From positions 64,001 to 128,000 of the forward strand of contig CAVYZN010000008.1 in the NCBI GenBank assembly GCA_963773065.1: a stretch of DNA of 64,000 nucleotides, read 5' to 3'. A model generated the notes under the pieces. The model did no database searches and had not been told where the DNA came from. It saw only the letters and a program-made list of their open reading frames with translations. Every line of letters begins with the position of its first letter. Position 1 is the stretch's first letter. The position numbers and the translations under genes are program-made. Shown here one piece after another: positions 60,213 to 64,000 of this stretch. The stretch comes from an uncultured Gammaproteobacteria bacterium (GTDB taxonomy: Bacteria > Pseudomonadota > Gammaproteobacteria > UBA9214).

Positions 60213-61600
60213 GCCGTCAGCCCCCTGAGCGCCTTGACGAAGAGATCGCCGCGCTCCTGGAAATCACGGTACATGTCCGTGCTCGCGCAGGCCGGAGAGA
60301 GCAGCACGCAGTCACCGGGCCGCGCCATCCGGGAAGCGAGTTGCACGGCCTCCTGCATGTCTCCTGCCCGCTCGATGGGGACGATGGTCTGCAGGACTGC
60401 CTGCACCCGCGGGGCATCCCTGCCGATCAGAACGGCGCCGCGCCCTTTTTGCCGCATGGCGGCGGAGAGCGGAGACAGATCCGCGCCTTTGGCGTCGCCA
60501 CCGGCGATCAGCACGACAGGCCCTTCCGCGCTGTCGATGGCCGCCAGCGTGGCCCCGACGTTGGTGCCCTTGGAATCGTTGTACCAGCGCACGCCCGCCA
60601 GGTTGGCGATGAGCTGCATGCGATGCGGCAGGCCGCGGAATTCGTTGATAGCCTCGATCATGGCATCGCGCGCGAGACCGACCGCTTCGCCCAGGGCCAG
60701 TGCGGCGAGCGCATTCATGACGTTGTGACGCCCGTCCATGCGGATCCCCGAAACCGGCATGATGGGCTCCTCGCCCCGGGCAAGCCAGCGGGCGCCCTGG
60801 TATTCGCACACGCCGTATTCACTCGCCGCCGGCGTGCCCATCGTATAGCGTAGCTGCGCCCGGTCCGGGTAGGCCAGCCGGGTGACGAGCGGGTCATCGG
60901 CGTTGACGACCTGTACGGCGGCCTGACGGTAGATCGACTGCTTGGCGCTCGAATAGGCCTCGAGGTCGGCGTAGCGATCCATGTGATCGGGGCTGATATT
61001 GAGCACGACCGCGGCCGCCGGCCGCAGCGAGTACGTGGTTTCGAGCTGGAAGCTGGAAAGTTCAAGCACGTAGAGGTCCGGCTCGCGATCCGAGATCAGG
61101 TCCAGCGCCGGCGTGCCGATGTTGGCGCCCATGCGCACATCCTTGCCGGCGCTCTGCGCCATGGCGTTCAGCAGGGTCGTTACCGTGCTTTTGCCGTTGG
61201 AGCCCGTGATGGCCACCACCGGCGCGGTCACCAGTTGCGCGAACAGCTCCACATCGCCGATGACCGGCACCCCGCGGGCGGCCGCCGCCGCGATCAGGGG
61301 TTCCCCGACCGGCACACCGGGGCTGACGATCACCTGCTCGGCCCGCTCGAATGCCTCCGCCTTGAAGCCGCCAAGAAACAGGGCGACGTCGGCCGGCAAC
61401 TCGGCGCGCAGGGCTTCAAGACCGGGAGGATTCGCGCGGCTGTCGACGATGGCGACCGCCACGCCGCGCCGCGACAAGAAGCGCGCCACGGACAGGCCGG
61501 TCTTGCCCAGCCCGACCACCAGTGTTCTGCGTGCCGTATCAAACGTAACCGTCATCATCGAAACCGCAACCGCCATCGCATCCCCGACGCTCTCAGCCAC
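60209..61600 (-). CDS. murD: UDP-MurNAc-L-Ala--D-glutamate ligase
   Basis: GLGKTG, TGSNGKSTV, ELSSFQL, DHMDRY, NDSKGTN, LSPACAS. Confidence 0.97.
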   Translation of the reverse strand: MAESVGDAMAVAVSMMTVTFDTARRTLVVGLGKTGLSVARFLSRRGVAVAIVDSRANPPGLEALRAELPADVALFLGGFKAEAFERAEQVIVSPGVPVGEPLIAAAAARGVPVIGDVELFAQLVTAPVVAITGSNGKSTVTTLLNAMAQSAGKDVRMGANIGTPALDLISDREPDLYVLELSSFQLETTYSLRPAAAVVLNISPDHMDRYADLEAYSSAKQSIYRQAAVQVVNADDPLVTRLAYPDRAQLRYTMGTPAASEYGVCEYQGARWLARGEEPIMPVSGIRMDGRHNVMNALAALALGEAVGLARDAMIEAINEFRGLPHRMQLIANLAGVRWYNDSKGTNVGATLAAIDSAEGPVVLIAGGDAKGADLSPLSAAMRQKGRGAVLIGRDAPRVQAVLQTIVPIERAGDMQEAVQLASRMARPGDCVLLSPACASTDMYRDFQERGDLFVKALRGLTA

Positions 61601-61662
61601 AGAGCCACCAAATCCTCATCAACCCCGAGTACCGCCTCGGCACCGGTATACGCCTTGCCATC

Positions 61663-62745
61663 TCACCGAATCTTCAGCGTCGCCAGACCGATCAGCACGA
61701 GTATCACCGTGATGATCCAGAAACGGACGATGACCCGCGGCTCCGGCCAGCCCTTGAGCTCGAAATGGTGGTGCAGCGGCGCCATGCGGAATATCCGGCG
61801 GCCCGTCAGCTTGAAAGACGCCACCTGGAGTATGACCGACACGGTCTCCATCACGAACAGCCCGGCCATGAGCAGAAACACGAATTCCTGCCGCACCAGC
61901 ACCGCGACGATACCCAGCGCCGCGCCCAGGGCGAGCGCCCCGACGTCACCCATGAATACCATGGCCGGGTAGGCGTTGAACCAGAGAAAGCCCAGGCCGG
62001 CGCCGACCAGCGCGCCGCAGAAGATCACCACCTCCGCCGCGTCGCGGATGTAGGGGATGCCGAGATAGACGGCGAACTTCACGTTGCCGGTGGTGTAGGC
62101 GAATACACCCAGCGCACCGGCAATCAGTACCGTCGGCAGGATGGCGAGTCCGTCCAGACCATCGGTCAGATTCACCGCGTTGCTAGAACCGACGATGACA
62201 ATATAGGCCATGAGGACGTAAACCCAGCCGAGGTTCACCGCTATGCCCTTGAAGAACGGTACGATCAGCGTGGTCTCGGCGGGGGTCATGGCGCTCGCGT
62301 AGAGAAACAGGGCGATGCTCAGCGCGATGAGCGATTGCCAGAACATCTTCACCCGCGGCTGCAGGCCGGTGGAGTTTTTCCGGACCAGCTTCTTGTAATC
62401 ATCGACCCAGCCGATGGCCCCGAACAGCAACGTGACCAGCAGCACCACCCAGATATAGCGGTTGCCCAGATCGGCCCACAGCAGGGTCGAGACCGCGATG
62501 GCCACCAGGATCAGCGCACCGCCCATGGTCGGCGTCCCCGCTTTCAGCAGATGCGACTGCGGGCCATCATTGCGCACCGTCTGGCCGATCTGATAGCGGC
62601 CTAGGCGGCGGATCATTTCCGGACCGATGACGAATGAAATCAGCAAGGCCGTCAGAACAGTCAGGATGGCTCGCAGCGTCAGATACTGGAACACATTGAA
62701 GCCGCTGTAATACTGGCTGAGGTATTCGGTGAGATAGACGAGCAT
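61663..62745 (-). CDS. mraY: Phospho-MurNAc-pentapeptide translocase
   Basis: [35 protein letters not shown]. Confidence 0.98.
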   Translation of the reverse strand: MLVYLTEYLSQYYSGFNVFQYLTLRAILTVLTALLISFVIGPEMIRRLGRYQIGQTVRNDGPQSHLLKAGTPTMGGALILVAIAVSTLLWADLGNRYIWVVLLVTLLFGAIGWVDDYKKLVRKNSTGLQPRVKMFWQSLIALSIALFLYASAMTPAETTLIVPFFKGIAVNLGWVYVLMAYIVIVGSSNAVNLTDGLDGLAILPTVLIAGALGVFAYTTGNVKFAVYLGIPYIRDAAEVVIFCGALVGAGLGFLWFNAYPAMVFMGDVGALALGAALGIVAVLVRQEFVFLLMAGLFVMETVSVILQVASFKLTGRRIFRMAPLHHHFELKGWPEPRVIVRFWIITVILVLIGLATLKIR

Positions 62746-62747
62746 GG

Positions 62748-64000
62748 CTAGTGCTGCGCCTCCTGTGGGGTGTTTGTTTGGCTACGCGCCGTGACGCCCA
62801 GAGCCGCCACGACGCGTTCCATGCGCATGCGCCGCGAGCCTTTCACCAGCACCTGCAGCCCGTCATGCAGGGTCTCGCGCAGGGCCGTGACCAACGCATC
62901 GAGGCTGTCAAACGCCGCGGCATCGGCGCCGAAAGAATCGGCGGCGGACCGGGCCAGATCCCCCAGGGTAAACAGCCGGTCCACGCCCGCGGCGCGCGCC
63001 CGGCGGCCGGCCTCGCGGTGGAGCTCTTCAGCCCCGCGGCCGAGCTCGCCCATATCGCCGAGCACCAGCCAGGTCTCGCCGCCGGCCATGGCCAGCACCT
63101 CGAGCGCGGCCTGCAGCGACCCGGGGTTCGCATTATAAGTATCGTCGATCACCGTGATCGCATCGGGCAGACGATGGATAGTGAAACGGCCGGCGACCGG
63201 TGATAGCGATGCCAGCCCCTGACTGACGGCATCCAGGCCGGCGCCGGCCGCCAGGGCGGCCGCGCTGGCGGCCAGTGCGTTCATGACGTTGTGCCGTCCG
63301 GGCAGCGGCAAGCGGAATTCGGTTTCACCCCAGGGGGTGGACAACATGATCCGGCTGCCGTCCACATCGCCCTGCCAGCGGGCATGCACGTCCGTCTGCG
63401 CCTGCAGCCCGAAGTCCACGATCCGGCAGCGGGCGGCGAGTTTGCGCCAGAGCGGCGCATAATGATCATCGGCATTGATGACCGCCACGCCCTGCGGCCT
63501 CAGGTGCGCAAACACCTCCCCCTTGGCCCGGGCCACACTCTCGATATCACCGAAGCCTTCCAGATGGGCCGGCCCGGCATTGGTGACGACCGCGATGTCG
63601 GGTTGCGCGATGGCGGCGAGATAGTCGATCTCGCCGGGATGGTTCGCGCCCATCTCCAGCACGGCGTACCGGTCATCCGGGGACAGGCGGAACAGCGTCA
63701 GCGGCAGGCCGATGTCGTTGTTGAGATTGCCCTGCGTGGCCAGCGTCCGGCCGGCGCATGCAAGGATGGCGAGCGTCATGCTGCGCACCGTGGTCTTGCC
63801 GTTGCTGCCCGTGACGGCGACCACCGGCAACGGGAATTGCGCGCGCCAGTAGGCGGCGAGCCGCCCGAGCGCAAGCCGCGTGTCCTCGACCTCGAGCAGC
63901 GGCAGCGAAGTTGCGCACCTGCGGCTGACGGCCGCCGCCGCCGCGCCCCGCTCGCGCGCGGCTTCGAGGTAATCATGGCCGTCGAAGTTCGGTCCCCGCA
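62748..64000 (-). CDS. murF: UDP-MurNAc-tripeptide--D-Ala-D-Ala ligase, 5'-truncated by the window edge; probable indel near 63890
   Basis: [41 protein letters not shown]; GPNFDGHDY at the window end. Confidence 0.96.
   Translation of the reverse strand, partial: RGPNFDGHDYLEAARERGAAAAAVSRRCATSLPLLEVEDTRLALGRLAAYWRAQFPLPVVAVTGSNGKTTVRSMTLAILACAGRTLATQGNLNNDIGLPLTLFRLSPDDRYAVLEMGANHPGEIDYLAAIAQPDIAVVTNAGPAHLEGFGDIESVARAKGEVFAHLRPQGVAVINADDHYAPLWRKLAARCRIVDFGLQAQTDVHARWQGDVDGSRIMLSTPWGETEFRLPLPGRHNVMNALAASAAALAAGAGLDAVSQGLASLSPVAGRFTIHRLPDAITVIDDTYNANPGSLQAALEVLAMAGGETWLVLGDMGELGRGAEELHREAGRRARAAGVDRLFTLGDLARSAADSFGADAAAFDSLDALVTALRETLHDGLQVLVKGSRRMRMERVVAALGVTARSQTNTPQEAQH

Overview
High-GC gammaproteobacterial chromosome segment, mostly core genes: nudB-aspS, FmdB-like, ATM1-type ABC exporter, clpB-ZIP-pgeF-rluD / bamD, nadE-sucDC, pilS-pilR-pilA, pilBCD-coaE-zapD-yacG, mutT, argJ-secA, M23 peptidase/dciA and the distal dcw cluster (lpxC-ftsZ-ftsA-ftsQ-ddl-murB-murC-murG-ftsW-murD-mraY-murF). 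About 20 genes, including essential ones, are split by single-base indels, which points to an unpolished long-read assembly rather than real pseudogenes. Two things stand out. (1) A visibly AT-richer ~15.5 kb glycosylation island lies between pilA and pilB. It encodes a TMTC/PMT-like GT-C+TPR protein, a polyprenyl-phosphate-sugar synthase-like GT2, a flippase, GT2/GT4s, two methyltransferases and a Maf/DUF115 transferase. It also has a CMP-ulosonate cytidylyltransferase accompanied by SDR, 2-hydroxyacid dehydrogenase and MBL hydrolase genes but no NeuB/KdsA synthase, and an unannotated IS3 remnant. (2) A 51-nt structured repeat is inserted twice in tandem, apparently in frame, inside clpB. A diverged intergenic copy (39/51 identical, no gaps) shows compensatory base changes and matches the CsrA/RsmA binding consensus exactly. 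Several other small palindromic repeat families occupy intergenic spaces. No rRNA, tRNA or CRISPR array was recognised. All calls come from motif recognition by eye; no database searches were run.
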